Of a stretch of 64,000 bases of DNA, positions 11,492 through 23,990 are shown piece by piece (position 1 is the first letter of the stretch; each line of letters opens with the position of its first letter). Below the pieces are notes generated by a model, which saw nothing but the letters and a program-made list of their open reading frames with translations, ran no database searches and was not told the origin of the DNA. Origin of the DNA: Trypanosoma brucei (taxonomy: Eukaryota); assembly GCA_000002445.1 (NCBI GenBank), contig CH464491.1, positions 4,672,001 to 4,736,000 of the forward strand. The letters run 5' to 3'. A program made the translations under genes and the position numbers.

Positions 11492-13951
11492 GGTGCCCAG
11501 CTCATCGGTGCAGACGCTAACGCACACGCTTTGGCATGGGATCGCGCGAGCCCACCAAATACCAAGGGTGAAACCCTCACACAGTGGTGCATTGACAACC
11601 AGTTTCTGGTCTGAAACACTGGTGAGTGCACCAGGTACGCGCGCCACCACGGGGAGTCCACCCCTGATGTGACAATATCAAGGAATTGCACAGTGTACAC
11701 GTGGACATCGCTGTATTCTCCCGATAGTGATCACCATCACATATTTTTTGACGTTATCGTTGGAGACGACACAGATGCACTGAGTTGCCCGCGGCTTCGA
11801 AAGCCCATGTACGCATGGCTAAAAGCTGACTGGAGGAATTTCCGTCTCAAGGTTGACGAGCTCTGCAGGAAAATTGGTAGGGAGAAGAACGTCAACACCC
11901 TGGAACAGAAATTGAGCTCCACCATCCGCATTGTGACGAAGGTTTTCGTCCCCCGTGGCTGCAGAGCAACCCCACCACATTGGACACCTGAGCTCGCGAA
12001 ACTCAATGAAGAGATCGCTGGATGCGGACCCTCCCATCGAAGGGAAAAGTTGGTAGCCACGCGTAAGCAGATACTGGACCGTACCACAAAGAAGAGATGG
12101 AGCACGCTATGCTCCAGACTTGCGGTGTCAGACCGCTGCAGTTGGCACATTGTCAAGAAAGTATATGCGCCACGACCACTAACCACACCGGCTGTACTTG
12201 TTGATAACGCGGCCATCACGGACTACCGTCAAGCTGAGAGGTTCATTAAACTGTACTCGTCTTGCGCAAGAAGACACCCCGACTCACACCCACCGGCACC
12301 CATAAAGACGATATAGCGAGTGAGTTCAGTCCCATCACGATGGCTGAACTATGGAGATCGATCAAACTGCTACCGAGTGGATCCGCAGCAAGAACTGATT
12401 GCTTACACAACGAGGCACTGCAACATCTCGGCAGAACAGCGCTGAATGTTGTTCTGAGGCTATTCAATGAGAGCCTACGAACGGGAGTCGTGTCGCCTCC
12501 ATGGAAGACTGGTGTTATCATCCCCATCCTGAAGGCCGGAAAAAAGGCGGAGGACCTCGAATCTTACAGGCCTGTGACGCTCACGAGCTCTCTTCAAAGT
12601 CATGGAGCGCATCATTGCCACGAGGCTTAGAGACATTGTTGAGTTCCAGCTGACGCCGCAGCAATCAGGCTTTCGCCCCGGATGCTCAACGCTCGAACAA
12701 CTCCTGCACGTCCGCGCTGCCCTCTGCCGTCCCACGCACAAATATCGTACGGGTGCTGTATTTGTCGACTACGAGAAGGCATTTGATACAGTAGAACACA
12801 ACAGAATTGCGAGGGAAATGCACAGAATGAAGGTATCACCCCACATTTTGAAGTGGTGCGTATGATTTCCGAGTAACCGAACTGGCAGAGTGAGATTCAA
12901 GGAGAAGCTTTCCAGAAGCAGAACATTTGAGCGAGGAGTGCCACAAGGAACTGTCCTTGGCCCAATCATGTTCATTATTGTCATGAACTCGTTGAGCCAA
13001 CGCCTTGCAGAAGTGCCGTTACTGCAGCACGGATTCTTTGCAGACGACCTGACGCTACTTGCGAGGCACACAGAGAGGAATGTCATCAACCACACAGTAC
13101 AATGCGGTCTCAACGTGGTGTTACAGTGGTCAAAAAAGGACTTTATGTCTGTCAACGTAGCGAAAACAAAGTGCACACTCTTCGGGTGTATAGAGCGCCA
13201 CCCCCTTACATTACAACTGGACGGCGAAAGAATAGGAGCTGACAGGACACCGAAGCTTCTAGGAGTAACATTCCAGTGTCTGCAAGGAATGGCAACACAT
13301 GCGGCAGAGACAAGACGCAAGATGGACTTCAGACTACTGCAGATAGCAGCCATCTCAGCTTCTACATGGGGGCCAAGACGACAAGTACTGAGAGCTTTTT
13401 ATCTAGCACTCGTACAGGCACACACCATGTATGGCATTGAGGTATGGTACTGGGACGCTTCGGAACGAAGTCGCGATCTCCTTTCAGCAGCACAACACAA
13501 AGCCAGTCGAATCATAGCTGGCATACCGCATGGGACGCGCAAAGAGGACTCTCTGCTGGAAGCAAACCTCCTGCCACTCAAGACGACCACTCTTGTGCGC
13601 AGCATGAAATTCATGCTGATGTGTGAGTCACGAGGCGGATGTTTGCGGCGCAGTGCTGAGGAAGTATACCACAGAAAACACCCAGACAGAGTCTTACATT
13701 CCCGCATCATGCGGTCTTATCCCCACCTCCGCATTGAGCCACGCGAGCACCCACTAGAGACATCGACGCTCCGCCACAGCTGCCGACCGCTATTTCACAC
13801 GCAGATAAAGCCTGTGTGCGCTGATGACTCTGACGGTGTCAAAAGGGAGGCTTCCGAAAAGTGGATTGCACGGCATTTTGCACGGAGGGGGAAGAGCGAC
13901 CGCGGCGAGAGCACTAAGAATTGTGAACTGATGGATCCGGTCCCTCGGGAG

Positions 13952-14051
13952 NNNNNNNNNNNNNNNNNNNNNNNNNNNNNNNNNNNNNNNNNNNNNNNNN
14001 NNNNNNNNNNNNNNNNNNNNNNNNNNNNNNNNNNNNNNNNNNNNNNNNNNN
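13952..14051. other. Assembly gap (100 N) inside ingi #2
   Basis: A run of N plus a single N at 14094. Confidence 1.
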
Positions 14052-15865
14052 CCGCGCCGCCGGAGAGTCATGAGAACCTCATAGGTTTGGTATNCACGGG
14101 CAACCACTTTTCCAACAAAACATAAAGAAGAACTGACGAGGGAAGAAGAAACGGGACTGGAACGCTTTCGGGTTGGGTCTTCAAGACACTATGGATGGAT
14201 GTTGCGAAAGATCAACCCGAGTGTGCCTCCACAGTGCCGATGGTGTAACCCGCAACATGCAGCGATCGGGCCAACAATACAAACAGCCTCAACTGTTGCG
14301 ACACGTACTCTTCAGAGAACCTCCGAACCGACCAAATGTACGGAATGTGATGCCACATACCAATGCCGCTCGAGTGCTGTAACGCATATGGTAAACAAAC
14401 ATGGCTTTATGCGAGCTGATGCCCTCCGGAGGATCAAATACGGCGATGCAACACCTGCAGTGGACATCCCCCCGGAGCCCCCTCCAGTGGTGGCGATTGT
14501 TCCTCTACCATCGAGCACACGAGTCCCGATGAGACCGCAGGTGCTTCATTGTACCCTCTGTGCCTCCAAATTCGCAGTGCCAGGCCGACTATTACACCAC
14601 CTTCAAACAATACATGGCATAGGTAGCGGTAGTTGCCGCGTGGAAAGGGGGCGAGAAAACGAGGACTCATTGCAAGGAGATGGTAGAGCCCCAGCAGCGC
14701 CAGCCCCTCAGGATACACGGAAGCTGCCGTTTCAATGTGACCTGTGCGAGGCGAGCTTCGGTACACGCTCTTCCCTGTCACTACACAAGAAATTCAAACA
14801 TAAGAGCATAGTGACGGAGGACGGTACCGTGGTGGTGGTGCAAATCCCTCGTAAGCGTGCCCGTGAGGGAAACGTTGACGTCCCGGGGAAAGGCGAGGTG
14901 CAGTGTGGTGTGTGCCAAAAAGTGCTCAGTTGCAGGGACTCCCTCATCCGACACTGTAAGGCTTTCCACAAAGGTGAGGGAATCGAGCTTAAATGCAGCA
15001 AAAGCACAAAATTGTGTGCCACTGATTCCCCGCATACAAACGCATCCATGTTGGTGTGCCCGACATGCGGAAGTCAGTGTGCTAGCAAAACTGGCCTCAC
15101 CCTATATCAAAAGAAGATGCACGGTATGAAGGTAGAGCACGCTGTTACCAGCCAACGCGGCGACTGCGAAGAAACGTCACTGCACTTGATGAGCTGTCCC
15201 GGTTTGAAGGAGTTACGTGTCAGGTTTGCGGTAGAAAGTGTGTGTGTGCAGGATGTATGTTTCTTTAAAAGGCTGGCGCAGTTTCTCATTGCGGTTGAAC
15301 GGAGCAGGCCGCAGGTGAAGTCTTCCCCTAATGTAACAGTCATACAACCCACTCTCCCTTCTGCAACTTCCCCCCTTATTGCCGACTGTGGAGCTAGCAG
15401 GAAAAGCACCGGACGCAGGAATAGTCCAGACACCCTCAGAGACAGAGGGGGTATGCAGTCAACAAGCAACAGAAACAGAAAGAGGGGAAGAGAATAATAA
15501 ACGAATAACAAAAATCAAAACAAAAGGATTGCTAATTGACATCTTTTTGAGAGTCCGGGGTGGGGGGCTTCTCGCCCCATCTGCTGTATTCCGTTCAACT
15601 GCGGAAATACAACAAAAATTATAGAGAGTGTGTTAGGCTGAATAAAAAAGGGAGAATCTGCCACAGTCGCCAGACCGATAGCATCTCAGGGCTCTACAGT
15701 GATGGCTGATGGCCGCGCCAGTGGGGGGAAACTCCCACGAAGGCACGAAGAAAATTCCAAAAAAAAAAGTCCGCTGCCAGCCTGTACTTTTTCTGTATCT
15801 TCAGTAGGTCCTGCCTTTGTGTACGCCGCCTGCTGATTCCTGCTGTGAGTTCCTTCTGTAGCTCA

Positions 15866-16030
15866 GTCAAATAAACTCCTCCTTGCGGACGTCCGTTATC
15901 TGGTCCGGGCCAGTGTCAGCATCGGTTATGGCTGCCCCTGCCGCCGGGTCTGTCGCGGACAGCAGTGCTAGCGCCGTTGCAGCCGCGGCCAACAGCTGCT
16001 CCGAGCTTCTTGAGCTTTTTACTTCGTTCA
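15866..16030 (-). pseudogene. VSG: VSG-like N-terminal fragment (signal peptide), 54 codons then a stop; it abuts the 3' end of ingi #2
   Basis: The reverse complement encodes MNEVKSSRSSEQLLAAAATALALLSATDPAAGAAITDADTGPDQITDVRKEEFI and a stop. The hydrophobic leader is VSG-like. It lies ~1.7 kb downstream (on the minus strand) of the minus-oriented 70-bp repeats at 17776-18092. Confidence 0.35.
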
Positions 16031-17775
16031 TCACTTAACCTTCACCTGGATGGTAAATGAATTAATAAATGAACTATGGATTTAGTGCAAGTGTCGATGT
16101 TTTCTCCGCATTTTCCGTAAAAAAAAAACAGATTTCCACTGTGAACCAAAATGTAGGGCAGACATCCAACGCTTTTTCGGAGGCACCTGATATGTTCGTG
16201 GAGCCACTTCTTCAGGTCTTGTTTGCTGGCTGAGTGTGTCGCTTCCTGGATACTGTATCTTGAATATCTGACTCAATCTATTGTCGGGAAAACTGACCTC
16301 TACCTGCCTTGTGCACCTTTTACTTTTGATTGTCGTCTTTGATTTCAGGTTCGTGTATTGTCGTAGAAATTTGTATGTTTTTTGTCTAACTTTACTAGCT
16401 ACTGCAATTGCCTTTCTTCTAAAGAAGAAATTTTCGATAGAAAATTTTGTTAATCTTTGATCCCCAGTTGTTTCAAATTTTCTCTCATTCTGTTTAACCT
16501 TCCTTTTTTTGGTCACCTATTTCCTTTACTCAAGAATTCAGTCTCTACGATTTGAGAGCTACGTTGAGGGTGTCTCCATGGGTGAGAATTCTGTTAAAAA
16601 CACGCAGTTTAATAGCAATTTTTCTGCTTTCTATTGCAATGTGTTTCACTCCGCATCTATATCTATTGCTTCTATTGCTGAATAAGTCTAATTCTTTTCT
16701 GCTATAAAACCTGATTCTTTTATATAAACTTGGTTATTAAAATCTTATGGTTTCTACTGTGGTCTATTTTCCTGTAAATTTGGCTTGTTACTTTTAAATT
16801 CATTTACAATGTAACGTCTGCGCATAGTCCCCGACCGTGCGTCCAGGCTAGGATTCCTTCGAACAACGACTGTTTCGAGGCTGATTGTGCAAGTGGCATT
16901 ATAGTCAATTTTACAACTACCTTGGCTTCTTCGAAACCTTTATTCTAGTTATTAAATGGGTTCAGTTTGAACTTAATATTTAGCGAACAAACATTTTATG
17001 CAGGTTAATCTTTGGACCTGTGCCAGCATGGAAATAGTGTAGATTTTATACCAACTATATCTACTTCACAACCCTTTCCAGAAGATTCATACATGTGCTA
17101 ATTTAATCATTTTCCGCGTCTTTATTCTACTTTTTTGTTTTTCAATGGTAATCAATTAGAATTACTGGTTTCAACATTCTTCTTTCCGATAGAATTATAT
17201 TGTTTTCCACAAATTTTAGTGTGTACTAGTATATCTGATGAAAACATTTCTTTAAATTTACCTGACACTTACCTATTCTCTTTCTCCTTCTCCATTTATT
17301 GATTTTTTTCACAACCGTACATTAGGATCTGACATCAGCTTAAATTTCCATTCAACACCATTTTTGCAGCAACATCTATCCACTTCTGTGTGAAATGTGG
17401 GACATCACAGGTTTATTCTCATGTATTATCTTCTTAGTTCTGGACTCTCATGTCTACTGTCTTTTTATTTAGTTTTTTCTTTCCTTGTCTTCCGTTTTCT
17501 TTCACACACCTTGGGATAACATCACTGCCCCATATGGCATGTACACATTCCACTCTGTCACTCCTTAATCTCATTGTGTATGATGATGCTCATCATCATT
17601 TTTGTGCATGCAACTGTACATATTCTATCTCCTTCATCATATCCCTCTTTGTATTTCGGCGTTTCAACTAATAATATTACACTTTCTTCCTCACTGTATT
17701 ACCACCTTACTGCCATTACACCCTTGTACATTGTTTCAAGTGCATCTTATAGAGGGTCATTTAGCCTACACCACC

Positions 17776-18092
17776 ACTATTATTATAATATTTGTATATA
17801 CTCACTCACAACACTCTCCTATTATTACTATCATCATTATCATTATCATTATTATTATCATTACTGCTGTTATTATAATATTCGTATATGCACTCTCACA
17901 ACACTCTCCTATTATTATTATGATTACTATCATTACTGTTCTTATTATAACATTCGTATATACACTCTCACAACACTTTCCTATTATTATTATCATTATT
18001 ATCATTATTATTATTATTACTGCTCGTATTATAATATTCGTATATACACACTCACCACACTATACTATTATTATTATTACTATTATAATCCT
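17776..18092 (-). repeat. 70-bp repeat tract (about 4-5 units, minus orientation)
   Basis: Tandem units CTCTTATTATAATATTCGTATATACACTCACAACACTCTCCTATTATTA(TCA/TTA)n. The six-frame ORFs 17574..18098 and 17602..18252 are Tyr/Ile-rich artefacts of this tract. Confidence 0.85.
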
Positions 18093-18339
18093 AAATAATA
18101 TCCATAAAATAGACAGAATTTTATATTATCACTCATTTACTATACTCCAATATCATGTTATTTTACACTCATATGCCACTTTCATAGAAATATTTATTAT
18201 TCTAAAATTTTTGACATTTTTATCGATAGTGTTAATATATCGAAAAATTTAGCAAACTTTTTCAAATTCTCACAAACGGATAATTTCACTAATTTCATAA
18301 AATGATTCAAAAAGCTTTTACCAAAAATTCTTTAAAATG

Positions 18340-18722
18340 TTATGCTATAATCAAAAAAGCAAGTACAAGAGGAGCCTTGTTAATTACAAATGAGTTGCTT
18401 CCTGTGGTGTTTGTGTTTTTTCCACCATTCTCTACTTTCGCCCCACCTTTTGCTACGCACTCATCTTCCTTATATTCACATTTATCGCTGTTGCACTCGG
18501 TTGCAGTGTTGCCCTTGCATATCTTAGGTTGCTGTTCTGTTGGCTCCTTCTTGGACTTCGCAACTAACTGCTGAGCCATGTGTTGACCTTGCAAATAGCT
18601 TAGTGCTACATCGCCTTGAGGGGTGCCTGCTAGGCTTTTTATTTTCCCTTTCGCTGCATTGTCCCCCTGGCCGTACACAATCTCTTCGTCTTCGACCGCC
18701 TTAACAAATTTGTTTTGGAAGT
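18340..18722 (-). pseudogene. VSG: VSG C-terminal-domain fragment with GPI-anchor signal, cut at its 5' side by the poly(A) end of ingi #3
   Basis: ORF 18340..18792(-) reads ...CKGNTATECNSDKCEYKEDECVAKGGAKVENGGKNTNTTGSNSFVINKAPLVLAFLIIA and a stop. Upstream of ~18722 the same ORF switches to the reverse complement of the ingi 3' end (…GGNLKKNNFQNK from T9 plus AAATTTCCTTCGTGCC). Confidence 0.7.
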
Positions 18723-18724
18723 TG

Positions 18725-21700
18725 TTTTTTTTTAAATTTCCTTCGTGCCTTCGTGGGAGTTTCCCCCCACTGGCGCGGCCATCAGCCATCACTGTAGAGC
18801 CCTGAGATGCTATCGGTCTGGCGACTGTGGCAGAGTCTCCCTTTTTTATTCAGCCTAACACACTCTCTATAATTTTTGTTGTAGCTCCTCAGTTGAACGG
18901 AATACAGCAGATGGGGCGAGAAGCCCCCCACCCCAGACTCTCTAAAAGATGTCAATTAGCAATCCTTTTGTTTTGATTTTTGTTATTCGTTTATTATTCT
19001 CTTCCCCTCTTTCTGTTTCTGTTGCTTGTTGACTGCATACCCCCTCTGTCTCTGAGGGTGTCTGGACTATTCCTGCGTCCGGTGCTTTTCCTGCTAGCTC
19101 CACGGTCGGCAATAAGGGGGGAAGTTGCAGAAGGGAGAGTGGGTTGTATGACTGTTACATTAGGGGAAGACTTCACCTGCGGCCTGCTCCGTTCAACCGC
19201 AATGAGAAATTGCGCCAGCCTTTTAAAGAAACATACATCCTGCACACACACACTTTCTACCGCAAACCTGACACGTAACTCCTTCAAACCGGGACAGCTC
19301 ATCAAGTGCAGTGACGTTTCTTCGCAGTCGCCGCGTTGGCTGGTAACAGCGTGCTCTACCTTCATACCGTGCATCTTCTTTTGATATAGGGTGAGGCCAG
19401 TTTTGCTAGCACACTGCCTTCCGCATGTCGGGCACACCAACATGGATGCGTTTGTATGCGGGGAATCAGTGGCACACAATTTTGTGCTTTTGCTGCATTT
19501 AAGCTCGATTCCCTCACCTTTGTGGAAAGCCTTACAGTGTCGGATGAGGGAGTCCCTGCAACTGAGCACTTTTTGGCACACACCACACTGCACCTCGCCT
19601 TTCCCCGGGACGTCAACGTTTCCCTCACGGGCACGCTTACGGGGGAATTGCACCACCACCACGGTACCGTCCTCCGTCACTATGCTCTTATGTTTGAATT
19701 TCTTGTGTAGTGACAGGGAAGAGCGTGTACCAATGCTCGCCTCGCACAGGTCACATTGAAACGGCAGCTTCCGTGTATCCTGAGGGGCTGGCGCTGCTGG
19801 GGCTCTACCATCTCCTTGCAATGAGTCCTCGTTCTCTCGCCCCCTTTTGACGCGGCAACTACCGCTGCCTATGCCATGTATTGTTTGAAGGTGGTGTAGT
19901 AGTCGGCCTGGCACTGCGAATTTGGAGGCACAGAGGGTACAATGAAGCACCTGCGGTCTCATCGGGACTCGTGTGCTCGATGGTAGAGGAACAATCGCCA
20001 CCACTGGAGGGGGCTCCGGGGGGATGTCCACTGCAGGTGTTGCATCGCCGTATTTGATCCTCCGGAGGGCATCAGCTCGCATAAAGCCATGTTTGTTTAC
20101 CATATGCGTTACAGCACTCGAGCGGCATTGGTATGTGGCATCACATTCCGTACATTTGGTCGGTTCGGAGGTTCTCTGAAGAGTACGTGTCGCAACAGTT
20201 GAGGCTGTTTGTATTGTTGGCCCGATCGCTGCATGTTGCGGGTTACACCATCGGCACTGTGGAGGCACACTCGGGTTGATCTTTCGCAACATCCATCCAT
20301 AGTGTCTTGAAGACCCAACCCGAAAGCGTTCCAGTCCCGTTTCTTCTTCCCTCGTCAGTTCTTCTTTATGTTTTGTTGGAAAGTGGTTGCCCGTGATACC
20401 AAACCTATGAGTGTTCTCATGGACTTCTTCCGACATAAGCACTCGCTTCGCATAAGCAATGATGTCGGGGATCCATGTGACTCGCAACTGTGGTAAATCA
20501 GCGGCCTTTTTCGCCATTTCGTCACAAACCTCATTCGGTTTCACGCCACAATGGCCAAACACAAATTGCAGTCGGATACGCATCTTTCTTCTCTGAACTT
20601 GAAGCAGAAGCCTCCATAGTCGTCTCAGAATTGGGTCCGTTACGGCTAGAGAGCCTGTCTGCAGTGCTGTTAACATTGACAGCGAGTCAGAGAAGATGGA
20701 CAACCTGCTCGGTGTGCTTCTGTATGCCGGAAGCCATTTCAGCAGCCGTTGCAGTCCTATCTCTAATGCTACGCATTCCGCTCTGTAACTGCATGAGAGT
20801 TCCCCTGCTCCGGTTTTGAGTGCACAAATCAGCGTGTTGTTTCTATAGAGCAGGGCAGCTGCCCCGGACTTCTCACCGAGGGACACGGATTCATCAGTTC
20901 AAAATTCGTAGTGCTCTCGTCGCGGTGACTCCTTCCCCCTCCGTGCAAAATGCCGTGCAATCCACTTCTCAGAAGCCTCCCTTTTGACATCGTCAGGGTC
21001 ATCAGCGCACACAGGCTTTATCTGCGTGTGAAATTGTGGTCAGCAGCTGTGGCGAAGCGTCGATGTCTCTAGTGGGTGCTCGCGTGGCTCAATGTGGAGG
21101 TGGGGATAAGACCGCATGATGCGGGAATGTAAGACTCTGACTGGGTGTTTGCTGTGGTATACTTCCTCACCACTGCGCCGCAAAAATCCGCCTCGTGACT
21201 CACACATCAGCATGAATTTCATGCTGCGCACAAGAGTGGTCGTCTTGAGTGGCAGGAGGTTTGCTTCCAGCAGAGAGTCCTCTTTGCGTGTTCCATGTGG
21301 TATGCCGGCTATGATGCGACTGGCTTTGTTTTGTGCTGATGCAAGGAGGTCGCGACTTCGTTTCGAAGCGTCCCAGTACCATACCTCAATGCCATACATG
21401 GTGTGTGCCTGTACGAGTTCCAGATGAAAAGCTCTCAGTACTTGTCGTCTTGGCCCCCATGTAGAAGCTGAGATGGCTGCTATCTGCAGTAGTCTGAAGT
21501 CCATCTTGCGTCTCGTTTCGGCCGCATGTGTTGCCATCCCCTGCAGACACTGGAATGTTATTCCGAGAAGCTTCGGTGTCCTGTCAGCTCCTATTCTTTC
21601 GCCGTCCAGTTGTAATGTAAGGTGATAGCGCTCTATACACCCGAAGAGTGTGCACTTTGTTTTCGCTACGTTGACAGACATGAAGTACTCTTTTGACCAC

Positions 21701-23186
21701 TGTAACACCACGTTTAGACCGCATTGTAGTGTGTGGTTGATGACATCCCTCTCTGTGTGCCTCGCAAGTAGCGTCAGGTCGTCTGCAAAGAATCCGTGCT
21801 GCAGTAACGGCACTTCTGCAAGGCGTTGGCTCAACGAGTTCATGACAATAATGAACATGATTGGGCCAAGTACAGTTCCTTGTGGCACTCCTCGCTCAAA
21901 TGTTCTGCTGCTGGAAAGCTTCTCCTTGAATCTCACTCTGCCAGTTCGGTTACTCAGAAATGATACGCACCACTTCACAATGTGGGGTGATACCTTCATT
22001 CTGTGCATTTCCCTCGCAATTTTGTCGTGGTCTACTGTATCGAATGCCTTCTCGTAGTCAACGAATACAGCACCCGTACGATATTGGTGCGTGGGGCGGC
22101 AGAGGGCAGTGCGGACGTGCAGGAGTTGTTCGAGCGTTGAGCATCCGTGGCAAAAGCCTGATTGCTGCGTCGTCAGCTGGGACTCAACAGTGTCTCTAAG
22201 CCTCGCGGCAATTATGCGCTCCATGACTTTGCAGAGACAGCTCGTGGGCGTCACAGGCCTGTAAGAATCGAGGTCCTCCGCCTTTTTTCCGGCATTCAGG
22301 ATGGGGATGATAACACCAGTCTTCCATGCAGGCGGCACGACTCCCGTTCGTAGGCTCTCATTGAATAGCCTCAGAACAACATTCAGCGCTGTTCTACCGA
22401 GGTGTTGCAGTGCCTCGTTGTATAAGCAATCAGGTCCGGTTGCGGATCCACTCAGTAGCTGTTTGATCGATCTCCGTAGTTCAGCCATCGTGATGAGACT
22501 GAACTCACTCGCTATCGTCTTTACGGGTGCCGGTGTTGTTAGTGGTCATTGCGCATATACCTTCTTGACAATGTGCCAACTGCAGCGGTCTGACACCGCA
22601 AGTCTGGAGCATAGCGTGCTCCATCTCTTCTTTGTGGTACGGTCCAGGATCTGCTTACGCGTGGCTACCAACTTTTCCCTTCGGTGGGAGGGTCCGCATC
22701 CAGCGATCTCTTCATCGAGTTTCGCGAGCGCAGGTGTCCAATGTGGTGGCGGAGCTCAATTTCTGTTCCAGGGTGTTGACGTTCTTCTCTCTACCAATTT
22801 TCCTGCAGAGCTCGTCAACCTTGAGACGGAAATTCCTCCAGTTAGCTTTTAGCCATGCGTACATGGGCTTTCGAAGCCGCGGGCAACTCAGTGCATCTGT
22901 GTCGTCTCCAACGATAACGTCGAAAAATATGTGATGGTGATCGCTATCGGGAGAATACAGCGATGTCCACGTGTACACTGTGCAATTCCTTGACAGTGTC
23001 ACATCAGGGGTGGACTCCCCGTGGTGGCGCGCGTACCTGGTGCACTCACCAGTGTTGCAGACCAGAAACTGGTTGTCAATGCACCACTGTGTGAGGGTTT
23101 CACCCTTGGTATTTGGTGGGCTCGCTCGATCCCATGCCAACGCGTGTGCGTTAGCGTCTGCACCGATGAGCTGGGCACCGTCAGTC
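18725..23186 (-). mobile_element. ingi #3 (at least 4.46 kb visible), minus strand, degenerate; the 5' ~650 bp is missing or lies in the adjoining 100-N gap
   Basis: The 3' end is read as T9 at 18725-18733. ORFs are 18994..20886(-) 630 aa (RNase H plus C2H2 fingers), 21040..22488(-) RT and 22712..23608(-) endonuclease part (...TDGAQLIGADANAHALAWD). Confidence 0.85.
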
Positions 23187-23286
23187 NNNNNNNNNNNNNN
23201 NNNNNNNNNNNNNNNNNNNNNNNNNNNNNNNNNNNNNNNNNNNNNNNNNNNNNNNNNNNNNNNNNNNNNNNNNNNNNNNNNNNNNN
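23187..23286. other. Assembly gap (100 N)
   Basis: A run of N. Confidence 1.
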
Positions 23287-23484
23287 AATGCTTGCTATGA
23301 TGCTGGCCGCTTGACCTTTGGGCCCCTGCAGATTTTTTTTCGTCAGGTGGGAGGTGAAGAACAACATGGGCACTACCCGGAAGCGCACTGTTTCCCGCGA
23401 CGGTGTGACGCAACGGCCCCAGCGTTTCTCCCGCAAATGTTACAACGGGGAAACCGCATGCAACCGGGCGATTTTCGTTTAAGT

Positions 23485-23990
23485 CCCTGGGGGGGCCGGC
23501 CACCTCAACGTGGTGCCAGGGTGCAGTACCCCGTATCATCGGGGGAAGCCAAGAGCCAACAGCGTTCCTTTCATGGGGAACACTGCTGTGCTCCGGATAC
23601 GGCGTCATACAGCACAGGGATCAGCAGCGTCTTGCTGGGACACCGGTCTTCATTTGTCGGTCCCTGGGCACGTGGCAAGCGTGCCATCGGCACTATCATC
23701 CGCACTAAAATGCTGCTGTCTGGTGATGTGGACCTCAAAAAAAGGATTGCTAATTGACAACTTTTGGAGAGTCTAGGGTGGGGGGCTTCTCGCCCCATCT
23801 GCTGTATTCCGTTCATATGCGGAAATACAACAAAAATTATAGAGGGTGTGTTAGGATGAATGAAAAAGGGAGACTCTGCCACAGTCGCCAGACCGATAGC
23901 ATCTCAGGGCTCTACGGTGATGGCTGATGGCCGCGCCAGTGAGGGGAAACTCCCACGAAGGCACGAAGACAACTTTTAAAAAAAAAAAAA
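23485..23990 (+). mobile_element. RIME (truncated ingi derivative: ~250 bp of 5' end joined to ~250 bp of 3' end)
   Basis: The 5' end is CCCTGGGGGGGCCGGCCACCTCAACGTGGTGCCAGGGTGCAGTACCCCGTATCATCGGGGG. The internal junction sits in the 2A region (…CTGTCTGGTGATGTGGA then CCTCAAAAAAAGGATTGCTAATTGACAAC). The 3' end is ...GGCACGAAGACAACTTTT followed by A13. Confidence 0.85.

Larger units (their letters stand above)
10838..15768 (+). mobile_element. ingi #2 (~4.9 kb) with its first ~650 bp in inverted orientation; degenerate; contains a 100-N assembly gap
   Basis: The direct part begins GGTGCCCAGCTCATCGGTGCAGAC (GAQLIGADANAHALAWD) at ~11492. It runs through the RT, RNase H and Zn-finger ORFs (11669..12316, 12262..12630, 12602..12865, 12890..14125, 14199..15497). 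The 3' end reads AAAATTCC followed by A10 at 15759-15768. Confidence 0.85.

Noticed and set aside
16082-16516. 144-aa Lys/Arg-rich ORF on the minus strand
   Set aside because: It sits on the A-rich strand of a T-rich spacer where stop codons are depleted by composition. There is no recognisable domain and no flanking signals.
17574-18252. Long plus-strand ORFs (174 aa and 216 aa) rich in Tyr and Ile
   Set aside because: They are translations of the 70-bp repeat tract (TAA/TAT/ATT triplets), not genes.
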